A program made the translations under genes and the position numbers. This document shows positions 16,617 to 27,731 of a stretch of DNA of 64,000 bases, in pieces; the stretch's first letter is position 1; every line of letters starts with the position of its first letter. Origin of the DNA: Eledone cirrhosa (lineage: Eukaryota); the NCBI GenBank assembly GCA_964016885.1, contig OZ024740.1, forward strand, positions 122,016,001 through 122,080,000. The letters run 5' to 3'. The notes below the pieces were generated by a model. The model was not told where the DNA came from. It worked only from the letters and a program-made list of their open reading frames with translations, and ran no database searches.

Positions 16617-16856
16617 TCCACCAATTAATAGTAGGGTCCGAGCCGTATGAAGAACTCAATGTAATCCGTATGTAGAAGATGTCGTGAAGCAAAGTTTAAA
16701 ATACAACATTTCAACGATATAATTCATTGGGAACAGAGTCAAAATAATACAAACACTGAAAACAAAAACATTAAACAAAATCTGGGTAAGAGTTTTACTA
16801 TGAATTACCCATATTTTGTTTAATTTCATTGTTTTCACAATTTCTATTATATATAC

Positions 16857-16952
<96 letters not shown>

Positions 16953-17022
16953 TTGCATACATACAGACATAAACATATGTACAAAGATACATACATAAAT
17001 AAACGCACACATACATTTGTTT

Positions 17023-17083
<61 letters not shown>

Positions 17084-17111
17084 ATGGAAACTGTATTTAT
17101 AAAACCATATT

Positions 17112-17177
17112 TATTTTATTATACATATTTCAAGGGCCACCAAGGCAAATCATGGTGCGATTTCATCAGATAAAATA
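17112..17177 (-). ncRNA. Type I minimal hammerhead within a 270-bp pLTR-like fragment (17067-17340) related to 5880-6135
   Basis: Minus strand: tattttat-CTGATGA-...-GAAA-tatgta-TA-ataaaata. Stem I is a perfect 8 bp; stem II is imperfect. Confidence 0.65.
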
Positions 17178-17339
17178 CAATACAGATTAGTTTTATAAAT
17201 AAATATTGACACACCCTGAAAAAAAGACAACCTTAACGGTTGGAGCCTACTTAACAGTTAGAGCACTGTTGCGTGCTTTATATTAGTTATAAAAATATTG
17301 TTAAGTTTGTTGTATCCCAACAAATTAAATATAACCTCT

Positions 17340-17373
<34 letters not shown>

Positions 17374-17660
17374 AAATAACGAAACGAAATTAAATTTCGT
17401 TTCGTTTGCAACTCACTTTTGTATGACTGACGCTTAAACAATTAAGTTAAAAATGTACATCCACATATGTATACTGAAATACTAGTATGCATATGAATAC
17501 ACACACGTGTACATATGTAGATGTACCGAGTTTTTCACTGGTCACTTTACTGTGAGTGTCCAGCTATTCTGTATGTAAACACACAGACAAACCGGTTTTT
17601 AGAGTCATACTGGTTTTTGAGGAAACACCATTCTTCTATTCTCCAGAAAGCCAGACAAGT

Positions 17661-17705
17661 AATATTGGACTAGTTTCGATGTTGTTACATCTCATCAGCA
17701 ATATT
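17661..17705 (-). ncRNA. Minimal type I hammerhead ribozyme, array copy 1 (intact)
   Basis: Minus strand: aatattg-CTGATGA-gatg taacaa catc-GAAA-ctag-TC-caatatt. Confidence 0.9.
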
Positions 17706-18126
17706 TACCTATCTTCCGGCCTTTCTAGAGAATCGTAAAAGTACATATCGTTATATGCTTTTTCTATGAAAATTAGTAGTGGGCAGACTAATTTGCATAG
17801 AGCGTGAGTACGTACCGGTTCAACGGAGACGATAAAAACAAATAACGAAACGAAATTAAATTTCGTTTCGTTTGTAACTCACTTTTGTATGACTGACGCT
17901 TAAACAATTAAGTTAAAAATGTACATCCACATATGTATACTGAAATACTAGTATGCATATGAATACACACACGTGTACATATGTAGATGTACCGAGTTTT
18001 TCACTGGTCACTTTACTGTGAGTGTCCAGCTATTCTGTATGTAAACACACAGACAAACCGGTTTTTAGAGTCATACTGGTTTTTGAGGAAACACCGTTCT
18101 TCTATTCTCCAGAAAGCCAGACAAGG

Positions 18127-18171
18127 AATGTTGGACTAGTTTCGATGTTGTTACATCTCATCAGCAATATT
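18127..18171 (-). ncRNA. Minimal type I hammerhead ribozyme, array copy 2 (one stem I mismatch)
   Basis: Same core as copy 1; the 3' arm of stem I reads caacatt. Confidence 0.85.
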
Positions 18172-18733
18172 TACCTATCTTCCGGCCTTTCTAGAGAATC
18201 GTAAAAGTACATATCGTTATATGCTTTTTCTATGAAAATTAGTAGTGGGCAGACTAATTTGCATAGAGCGTGAGAACGTACCGGTTCAACGGAGACGATA
18301 AAAACAAATAACGAAACGAATTTAAATTTCGTTTCGTTTGTAAGTTGTTTCCTCAAAAACCAGTATGACTCTAAAAACCGGTTTGTCTGTGTGTTTACAT
18401 ACAGAATAGCTGGACACTCACAGTAAAGTGACCAGTGAAAAACTCGGTACATCTACATATGTACACGTGTGTGTATTCATATGCATACTAGTATTTCAGT
18501 ATACATATGTGGATGTACATTTTTAACTTAATTGTTTAAGCGTCAGTCATACAAAAGTGAGTTACAAACGAAACGAAATTTAATTTCGTTTCGTTATTTG
18601 TTTTTATCGTCTCCATTTAACCGGTACGTACTCACGCTCTATGCAAATTAGTCTGCCCACTACTAATTTTCATAGAAAAAGCATATAACGTTATGTACTT
18701 TTACGATTCTCTAGAAAGGCCGGAAGATAGGTA

Positions 18734-18778
18734 AATATTGCTGATGTGATGTAACAACATCGAAACTAGTCCAATATT
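18734..18778 (+). ncRNA. Hammerhead array copy 3, core mutated (CTGATGT, A9 to U), probably inactive
   Basis: aatattg-CTGATGT-gatg taacaa catc-GAAA-ctag-TC-caatatt; substitution at 18747. Confidence 0.8.
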
Positions 18779-19199
18779 CCTTTTCTGGCTTTCTGGAGAA
18801 TAGAGGAAAGGTGTTTCCTCAAAAACCAGTATGACTCTAAAAACCGGTTTGTCTGTGTGTTTACATACAGAATAGCTGGACACTCACAGTAAAGTGACCA
18901 GTGAAAAACTCGGTACATCTACATATGTACACGTGTGTGTATTCATATGCATACTAGTATTTCAGTATACATATGTGGATGTACATTTTTAACTTAATTG
19001 TTTAAGCGTCAGTCATACAAAAGTGAGTTACAAACGAAACGAAATTTAATTTCGTTTCGTTATTTGTTTTTATCGTCTCCGTTGAACCGGTACGTACTCA
19101 CGCTCTATGCAAATTAGTCTGCCCACTACTAATTTTCATAGAAAAAGCATATAACGATATGTACTTTTACGATTCTCTAGAAAGGCCGGAAGATAGGTA

Positions 19200-19244
19200 A
19201 ATATTGCTGATGAGATGTAACAACATCGAAACTAGTCCAATATT
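19200..19244 (+). ncRNA. Minimal type I hammerhead ribozyme, array copy 4 (intact)
   Basis: aatattg-CTGATGA-gatg taacaa catc-GAAA-ctag-TC-caatatt; predicted cleavage after C19237. Confidence 0.92.
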
Positions 19245-19665
19245 CCTTGTCTGGCTTTCTGGAGAATAGAGGAAAGGTGTTTCCTCAAAAACCAGTATGA
19301 CTCTAAAAATCGGTTTGTCTGTGTGTTTACATACAGAATAGCTGGACACTCACAGTAAAGTGACCAGTGAAAAACTCGGTACATATACATATGTACACGT
19401 GTGTGTATTCATATGCATACTAGTATTTCAGTATACATATGTGGATGTACATTTTTAACTTAATTGTTTAAGCGTCAGTCATACAAAAGTGAGTTACAAA
19501 CGAAACGAAATTTAATTTCGTTTCGTTATTTGTTTTTATCGTCTCCGTTGAACCGGTACGTACTCACGCTCTATGCAAATTAGTCTGCCCACTACTAATT
19601 TTCATAGAAAAAGCATATAACGATATGTACTTTTACGATTCTCTAGAAAGGCCGGAAGATAGGTA

Positions 19666-19710
19666 AATATTGCTGATGAGATGTAAGAACATCGAAACTA
19701 GTCCAATATT
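19666..19710 (+). ncRNA. Minimal type I hammerhead ribozyme, array copy 5 (intact)
   Basis: Same core; loop II reads taagaa. Confidence 0.9.
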
Positions 19711-19928
19711 CCTTGTCTGGCTTTCTAGAGAATAGAGGAAAGGTGTTTCCTCAAAAACTAGTATGACTCTAAAAACAGGTTTGTCTGTGTGTTTACATAC
19801 AGAATAGCTGGACACTCACAGTAAAGTGACCAGTGAAAAACTCGGTACATCTACATATGTACACGTGTGTGTATTCATATGCATACTAGTATTTCAGTAT
19901 ACATATGTGGATGTACATTTTTAACTTA

Positions 19929-19973
<45 letters not shown>

Positions 19974-19977
<4 letters not shown>

Positions 19978-20560
19978 AATTAGTATATCTACCAAAATAT
20001 GTATACAGATGCATACCTATGCTAGCAAATATATATGTTATGTCTTAGTAACTTTGTGGTTCTATGCAAGGAGATGCAGAACAATTATATGAAAGACGTA
20101 AACAAGAAAATTATGAAAATCGACTTACTTACTAAAATTTCACTCCATCTAATTAGTTTCTGTAAGGGAATAAATATGGTTACGTAACATACCCACAGAG
20201 AAACCTTACGTCATCAGGGAGTCTATTCTCAGCTAAGCTTCCAAGCAATGCGAGGACACTGGGAACTTATATAAAAATAATTCAGTGGATGGAAAAAGTC
20301 GAGCGGGGACTAAATTCCAAGACATTGAAAAAATTCACTGCCTACTTGGTCAGTGGCAAATTCAAAAGAATCAATCACGTGACACTGAGGTTAATCAGTG
20401 AGGAGTGGAGTGCTATTAAGACAAGGGCCTAGCCACTACCATGAACCATAGTAGTAATTTCGGCAAGTTTTGCTCAACAAATAATTTGGAGATAATTATA
20501 AAGAATTAGTATATCTACCAACATATGTATACATATGCATACCTATGCTAGCTAATATAT
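19974..20560 (-). mobile_element. 526-bp non-coding unit plus about 60-bp terminal redundancy, carrying a hammerhead-like motif
   Basis: aaagaattagtatatctacc...ctatgctagc occurs at 19974 and 20500; begins directly after a (TA)n tract. Confidence 0.75.
20142..20222 (-). ncRNA. Hammerhead-like motif with altered cleavage site
   Basis: Minus strand: actcc-CTGATGA-c gtaagg...ccttac a-GAAA-ctaattag-AT-ggagt. Stems I and II and the palindromic stem III are present, but U16.1 is replaced by A. Confidence 0.65.
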
Positions 20561-22274
20561 AGTGATTAATATGTTGGGAACTAGGGATGTGAACCTGTAA
20601 TTTATAGATACATCATGATATACAGGTTTCATATTTTCTATATAATAACACAAATTGTTTTATTTTTTTTACTCACCTTCGTATGTACTTAATTACTCAT
20701 GCATACAAAATAACAATGGAGCTAATCGCGAGATCAGATCAAGGAAAATATGTTTCCAGAGGTCTTTTGTGCAAACACTATATGCTGCTTACCTTTCCCA
20801 GCATACGTTTATTTGCTTTTCCGGTTGTATCAGTGGGGTATTGGACTAATAATGCACAGAGGTGTAAAGGTAACTGATAATATTCCGTCAGAGTAACATG
20901 TTCTACGATTCTTCAATCTGTCAAATTCTACTTTATGTACGGATCATGAATTGATAAGAGGCAAAGTTGAAACAGTTGGATAACATGTAGATAGAGAAGG
21001 AACGAATATGGAATCATTTACACCGATATATTAATAATTGTGCCAATACATTGCCTTATATATATATTCAGTACCATTTGAATAGATACGAAAATGTATA
21101 TATTTGTTTGATTTACTTTTTAAATATTTATTTTATACCAGAGTAGTAAATTAATATTAATATCTCGCATTATTTAGTTCAATGCCTAAATGGACCTATG
21201 ATAAAATGCGGGATCATACTGCTTTTAAGTATACTGCTTTATCCGATGTGTCGAACGAGTAGTATGATGTGGTGCTGGAAGGGATGTTGTAACTGCTTTA
21301 GATGTATGGACGATCATTAGTTGTTTCCGGCTCATTCACTTAGTAATTGAGTAGTCTCTACTCTTAGTCTATATATCCTGAAAATGTGCATGTATTAAAA
21401 GAGGAGGGTAACTGAGATTGTCATGCTTTTGTCCAGTGACTCGTAATTCTGACAAAATGAATAATAAAATTCTATATCAAAGGAAATATATATGTGTGTG
21501 TTAAGTAATTATAGCATTTCAATTTTGATTCGTTTTACACTTTGTCTTTCCGTCTATTATGTGACGATAATGAAAGACGTTTCAACCATGACTTTCCCCA
21601 CCACATTCAATGTTTTAGTGAAATTAAACATCAACCATGAATTGAAATATTACCTAGTTCATATACTGTGTTCATACAATTCAACTATTATTGGTTACGA
21701 TTATTATTCATCGGAAAATTATAATGACTACTTAGCTTAAATCCATGTACATCTATTATAATATTATTAAAGTCAATGTTTCCAATAACTCGTTCGTATA
21801 TCATATAATTAAGAAATAAAATAGTTGTTAACAATGGTTAGTAGTCATAACCATCAATTAGAACAAGACTTGAAGATGTATCTTTTTTCTGCTATATACG
21901 AAATATTAATTTTAGCTGTCGTTGCTTGGAAGTGGTCCAAGAATCGCTACATAAGATCATTTCTGGCGATATGGCGTCGTCCACCAGAGATAATATCGAC
22001 AGTAAAACAAGATGCAAGGCTATAATTCCAGCTTTTGGCGGCTCCAGTTTATCAGTAGTTCATCTGAAAGTTCGCAATACTGTATAGTAGTATAATATAT
22101 TGAAGGGTTTCCTAATCAACCTATTATCAATTACAATTAATTCCTGTGATTTAATTTCCATTTAAATAGAGATACTGATCTGCAGGTTATCTTTAAAATT
22201 TCTGCGAAAGACGAAGAAGTAAACTTGAACGGACACAAATACACACAGACAAACACAAACGCAAATACTTACAA

Positions 22275-22454
<180 letters not shown>

Positions 22455-22499
22455 CGAGAGAGTGAGAGATATGTATATATAGATATAACTATACATTTA

Positions 22500-22541
<42 letters not shown>

Positions 22542-22817
22542 TAAATCATGTCCTAGGAATTATTAGATAAAATATATACCATTTCCTCTCCCAATTACCA
22601 TAGTTAACCATATAAAAAATCAATTAGACCAAGCTATAAGAAGAAAGGCTCTTATGAAGAAATCTCCGACAAATAACCGAAAGTGGCCTCTTCGCGGTGG
22701 CCCCAATAGAGTATTTATCCAACATTTCGACAGCATGTAGAAACTGACTAAATATACCATCAACCATACACAATTAGGTGTAAATTCAAACTTAGAAGAA
22801 ATGTGTACATACCGTAA

Positions 22818-22898
22818 TTATCTCTACCATGGTTTCATCCGTATTTTTAGACATCCAATTAATAGGAATGTCTTGAGTTAGGATTCATCAGGAGACAA
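22818..22898 (-). ncRNA. Type I hammerhead ribozyme (intact core, long stem II)
   Basis: Minus strand: ttgtctc-CTGATGA-atcc...agacattc/ggatgtct...ggat-GAAA-ccatgg-TA-gagataa. Palindromic stem III ACCATGGT; GUA site. Confidence 0.85.
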
Positions 22899-23099
22899 AC
22901 TCAAAATTAGACATTTAGTTTTCCAACGTGATCGCGCCAAAATTAGATTAAAAAATGGCTAAGAATCGCAATGTGGCTGTGGTCAAGCTAGAAAGAATGT
23001 GATTGGTTGCTTACGGCGGGTAGGCTTGTTGCTAGAAAGCGCAGCCAAATATCGCCAAATTGTATCTCAACCTAACGGGAGATTATTTAATAATAGATA

Positions 23100-23790
23100 T
23101 ATAAAAAATATATGAAAAATGGTGAAAATATGATAATGTTAAATATATTTATGTGTGTATTGGTTATTTTAATAAATAAATTAATTAATTAGTTTTATAT
23201 GACAAAATAAAATGACAGAGCTGAGATATAAAGAGTGAAAAATTAAGATATATAAATTAAGAATAAATATAAGAGGTTTTGATGTTGTTCTTTGATAGAT
23301 GATGACAATTATAATTATAATTATAATGATGATGATGTTGATAATGTGATATCATAATAGATCCAAGTGGTACAATCTGGGTTATGGAATAGATAAGCTG
23401 GTCTAAAGTTCTGAAATTTAGTCGCTGATTTATGTCGACAAAAATGTTTTTTTTCAATTTTACTGTTAAGCAGAATAACCCAGATTTTACCACTTGGCTC
23501 TATTATGATATCACATTATCAACATCATCATCATTATAATTATAATTATAATTATAATTATAATTGTCATCATCTATCAAAGAACAACATCAAAACCTCT
23601 TATATTTATTCTTATTTTATATATCTCTATTTTTCACTCTTTATATTTCATCTCTGTCATTTTATTTTATCATATAATATAACTTAAAACTAATTAATTA
23701 ATTTTTTTATTAAAATAAGCAATACACATAAATATATTTAACATTATCATATTTTCGCCTTTTTGTCATATATTTTTATATTTCTATTTT
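23100..23790. repeat. Inverted repeat (about 290-bp arms, about 87-bp spacer) upstream of the 22818 hammerhead; PLE pLTR-like
   Basis: 23100-23388 is the reverse complement of about 23476-23790; the ORF track shows the same peptide on opposite strands. Confidence 0.85.
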
Positions 23791-24479
23791 ATATTTATTT
23801 TCATTTAGCTTTATTCATGCATCAACGTTTATTCATCTATTTGTCTCTCTATTATTTTCTATTCTTCTCTCTATCCTACATTAATCTTACTTATGTTTGT
23901 CTCTCATCTATATACCATCATCTTCTATATATCTTCCTCTCTTTATATTTCTATCTATAATAATTTCTCCTTTTCTTCTTCTTTCTCTTTTTCGTTTTCC
24001 TTTTCCTTCTTATTCTTTATTCTTCCTTTCCTTTCTTTTTTACTGTATCTATCTCCCTTTCTTCGTACTTTTCTCTATATATTTTTATTATTAATATTAT
24101 TAGTGATGATGTAATTTGAATTTGTAAATTTTCCGGTTATCTAATGATCTAGTAGAGATAACATCGTATTTAAAATTGAGTGGCACTGTTTTTAGTGTTC
24201 AGCAATTTTTAGACAACTCCATCAGTGAAACAATTGTTAGACTGCAAATAAATCCCCTTTTTTGTATGTTGACCATGTTATTCTCCGCTTTTTCAATTTG
24301 ATTACTCCAATATAAACTTACATAGGAATACAAGTGAAATCATAAACTCGTCATCTACGTAAACCTCTTGTTGAGTCAAGCAACACCGTACGCTAAAACC
24401 TTCCATAATAAGAAGTATTGGCAACCTCTAATTGGATTACCTGTAACGATATGCTGTTATCATTTATATATATATATAT

Positions 24480-25040
24480 ACTAGCTGAGGTAGCCGGTTA
24501 TAGTCGGGAGCCGGTTATAGTCGGGAGCCGGGGTATTCCCAGCGAAAATATGTTTTTCAGAGAAGTTGAGAGTTGCTATAAGGAAAAAATAAAACTGTGA
24601 GATAGGTTGAGAATTTCTTTCAAGAGAAACTGAAGACATACAATAACTGCTGGATTAGTAAGGCGACACATTTTTGGTCAAATCATTGGAGTGCTGCCTC
24701 AATGCTATAAGGACGACAAATACATAATCGTTCAACAAATAAGAAAGGAGATATATCTCTAATAGCACATAATCTATCTGTGTTTCAAGTTTAAAGGAAA
24801 TTGGTTGAGAGCTTTAAAAGTTATGGCAGAAAATTCCATTCATATGGGCATTTGTATACACATTTCCTATCCACTTTTAAAAAATCGATGCAGACTGGAA
24901 ATTCTCGATGTTATTTTTAACTTCAAAGTAGGTAAGAAATCAAATGGGCATGTGCCCCACACACGTGTCAAGTTTCATCAAGATTGGTTAAGTAGTTTTT
25001 GAGATTTAGGTTCACAAACAAATCCACAAATACATACACA
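24480..25040 (-). mobile_element. Probable non-autonomous Helitron
   Basis: Minus strand ends in CTAG|T, preceded by a GC-rich, duplicated subterminal segment (ccggctcccgactataaccgg). It also has internal aagtttcatcaagattggttaagtagtt-type motifs and ACAA repeats typical of such elements. The 5' TC end is not clearly preserved. Confidence 0.6.
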
Positions 25041-25058
25041 AACATTATATTATATAAC

Positions 25059-25153
<95 letters not shown>

Positions 25154-26009
25154 TTGTGTGTGTGTGTGTACACAAATGGAAGGGTAGTGAAATCGAAGTT
25201 ATGGCTTTGGCCAAGCTAACGAGATACAGTTAGTTTATGTGCATGTGTGTATGTTTGTGTGAACAGATAAACAGAAACAGCAGGAAGAGGATATTGAGAT
25301 TTTGGATACTAGTCCTCCATCAGAAGAAAGAATGAGAAATTAGAAAGATTGAGGGGACGGGAGGGGCGGAATCAGGAAAAAAGAGGAAAAATACAGGCCC
25401 GTTCCTGTTGCCACCATATTTACATTTGTGCATATAGAGCAAAATTGTGAGAGAACATTAGGGACATATATCTAGATAAGCGTATATTTATATAGATATT
25501 TATGTGGAATTCATAACTGTGATTTTAAATGCTATATATACAACAAATAATGCCCGTAATCTATAGAGCTGTGTGTATTTTGATACACAAAAATCAACCA
25601 GTGTCAACAAGGACGCTATACATCGCTGTCAATATTTCAAGTGATCTATGTACCTATACATGCCTGTTTGGATGAACGTATTTATGTAAGTATATATATA
25701 TATACAATCATTTATAATATATATATATATATTTATATATATATATACAATCAGGTATAATATATACATATATACATGATTATATTTATATTTGTAGGGA
25801 ATATACATAACATCTCAATGGAAATATATCGCTATAATTATCACAGCAAATACACACAGAGCATCTTACAAAAAATCACTGATTGGTAGATCCCAATAAA
25901 ATAGCGCAAAAAGATCACGGGATATATTTAGTCAAGCAGTTTAAAGCTACAGGGTCTCACTAACCTCCCTTACTGCACTTTCCAAGCTGAAAATTAACCC
26001 TGACTCTTC

Positions 26010-27731
26010 CTATCGATTGAGACGGCTACCGTGAACAGAACAGCTTTTCGTTAGAGGAATTCTGTAAGGTTTCAACAATTGTACCTTGCAGTTTTTAAGT
26101 ATCATGGCATTGAAACCATCAGGCCCCGCAGCCGAGTGCATGGAGAGCTTGTCTATGACTATTTCTATGTCTTCTGGGTTGAAATCAATGTCGGATAGGG
26201 CAGGTTTAGTATGGTCGATATCCTTGAAGAATTCTCCTGGGTCATGGATCTTCATGGTTTTAGATGGCTCACTGAAGACACTTTCATACTGTTGACCCAA
26301 CATTTCTGCCATTTCAATAGGGTTATTCACTACATCCCCATTTTGTCTCGGGAGAGGTCCTATTGTTGACTTGGTATTCGAGTATTTCTTTGCAAAACTG
26401 TAGAAACATTTTGGATTTTTCTTGATGTTTTCTATGGCTCTCTTTTCTGCATTGTTACGTTCTTCATCATAGTGTTGTTTTAGATTGTCTTCTAATCTGT
26501 ATATTTGGTCAAGGACTTTCTGTAGTTCACGTTTTGATGTCAGCTTAGATGTTTTGTTTCTTAGTCTTGACCTTTTGCGCATCAGGATCTTTCGCTCCCG
26601 TGGTACAGGTTTTTTTGTGGATTTGATTTTCTTAAGAGGAATATTTTTTGCACATATTTCTTCGATATTGTTTAAGAATGTCTGGTGTTTATCTGGCCCA
26701 GTAAGGTAGAGATCCCAGTCAATGATTGGTAACTGGTTGTTAATAGTTTCCCAATTTGCCTGGTGATAATCATACCTGCATAGCTTTGGCATGACCTTTT
26801 GTTTAAGAGTTGTGGCATTGGGCTCATTACCAATGTGTAAATGCATTTCAATTATATTGTGGTCTGAAAGGATTGTTGGGGTTGAGTGAAGGTCAAATAG
26901 CGTGTCCTCGCTGTTGGTGAAAACCAAGTCGATCGTATTATTATTTCTAGTTGCTTCTGTCATCATTTGTTTGAGGTATAATTTCTCTGTGACTTCCAAC
27001 AGTTTGGCTGCCTGTATTTGTTCAGCTTTTGTCCCCAGTTTTAGTATGTGTCCATGTGGCCAGATGATGTTAGGGAAGTTGAAGTCACCAAGGAGGATAA
27101 TGTCTGGCATTGGACTCGCCATGTTTCCCAGAATTTGTTGGAGCTTTGTCAGTGGCTCAGTGAAGGATAATGTTGGGCTGTTTGGCGGTCTGTACATTAT
27201 TGTTACAACTGTATTAAGTTGGATGATTTTTATGCACACCAGGTTGCAGTAGGCATTTGATTCATTGACAATTTCTATGCATGCATAGGTATCATGGATA
27301 TACATGATAAAGCCCCCATGGGATCTGCCTTGTCTATCACATCTGAAGATGTTGAATCCATTGATTGAGATGTCGCTGTTGCGGATGTTTTCGTTGAGAT
27401 GACTTTCAGTAATTCCAATTATTTTGGAGTTGTTTTCTGTTGCTAATTCTTCCAAGAAAGGGACTTTACACTGTTTTGTTTTCGGATAAAGACCCAGGAT
27501 ATTTGCTGTTATTATGCTTGTTGTACCGGATACATCTGCCCTATTGTTGGCAAGACTGTTGTAGTTGTTGGGACTGTGCTGACTGGATATTCGGTCTGCT
27601 GGGCTGTCTGTATTTGTTGTATGTGCCCTGTAAGTCCAGGTGTCAGCCTTTGTATCAATGTTGCCTGGTTTTGCTGAGTAATCTGTATGGAGTACAGCTG
27701 TTGTTGTAGTTGGTAGATTATGCCTAAAAAA
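26010..27731 (-). pseudogene. LINE ORF2, APE-like endonuclease plus linker, RT missing
   Basis: APE motifs ANILGL (upstream of the called TTG), GITESHL, RCDR..RSHGG, YRPP, LLGDFN, TRNNNTIDLVF and SDH. The frame is open without an ATG from about 27737, in the -1 frame relative to ORF1. Confidence 0.88.

Larger units (their letters stand above)
17371..19932. mobile_element. 466-bp tandem/inverted array of hammerhead-containing non-coding units (retrozyme-like)
   Basis: Units start at 17371, 17837 and 18303 (partial). Orientation flips at about 18344-18346, then about 3.4 reverse-complement units run to 19932. Copies are nearly identical and the array is flanked by (TA)n on both sides. Confidence 0.95.

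Noticed and set aside
17556-19815. Five copies of a 60-aa ORF in the 466-bp array
   Set aside because: GTG start, antisense to the ribozyme, no recognisable motif; repeated only because the unit is repeated.
17371-19932. CRISPR array or ordinary satellite interpretation of the tandem
   Set aside because: No unique spacers or cas genes, eukaryotic context, and the ribozyme and inversion point to a retroelement origin.
20655-22090. Possible minus-strand exons (donors near 20675 and 20788, acceptor near 22066)
   Set aside because: Splice-like motifs are common by chance, and the frames are short or interrupted.
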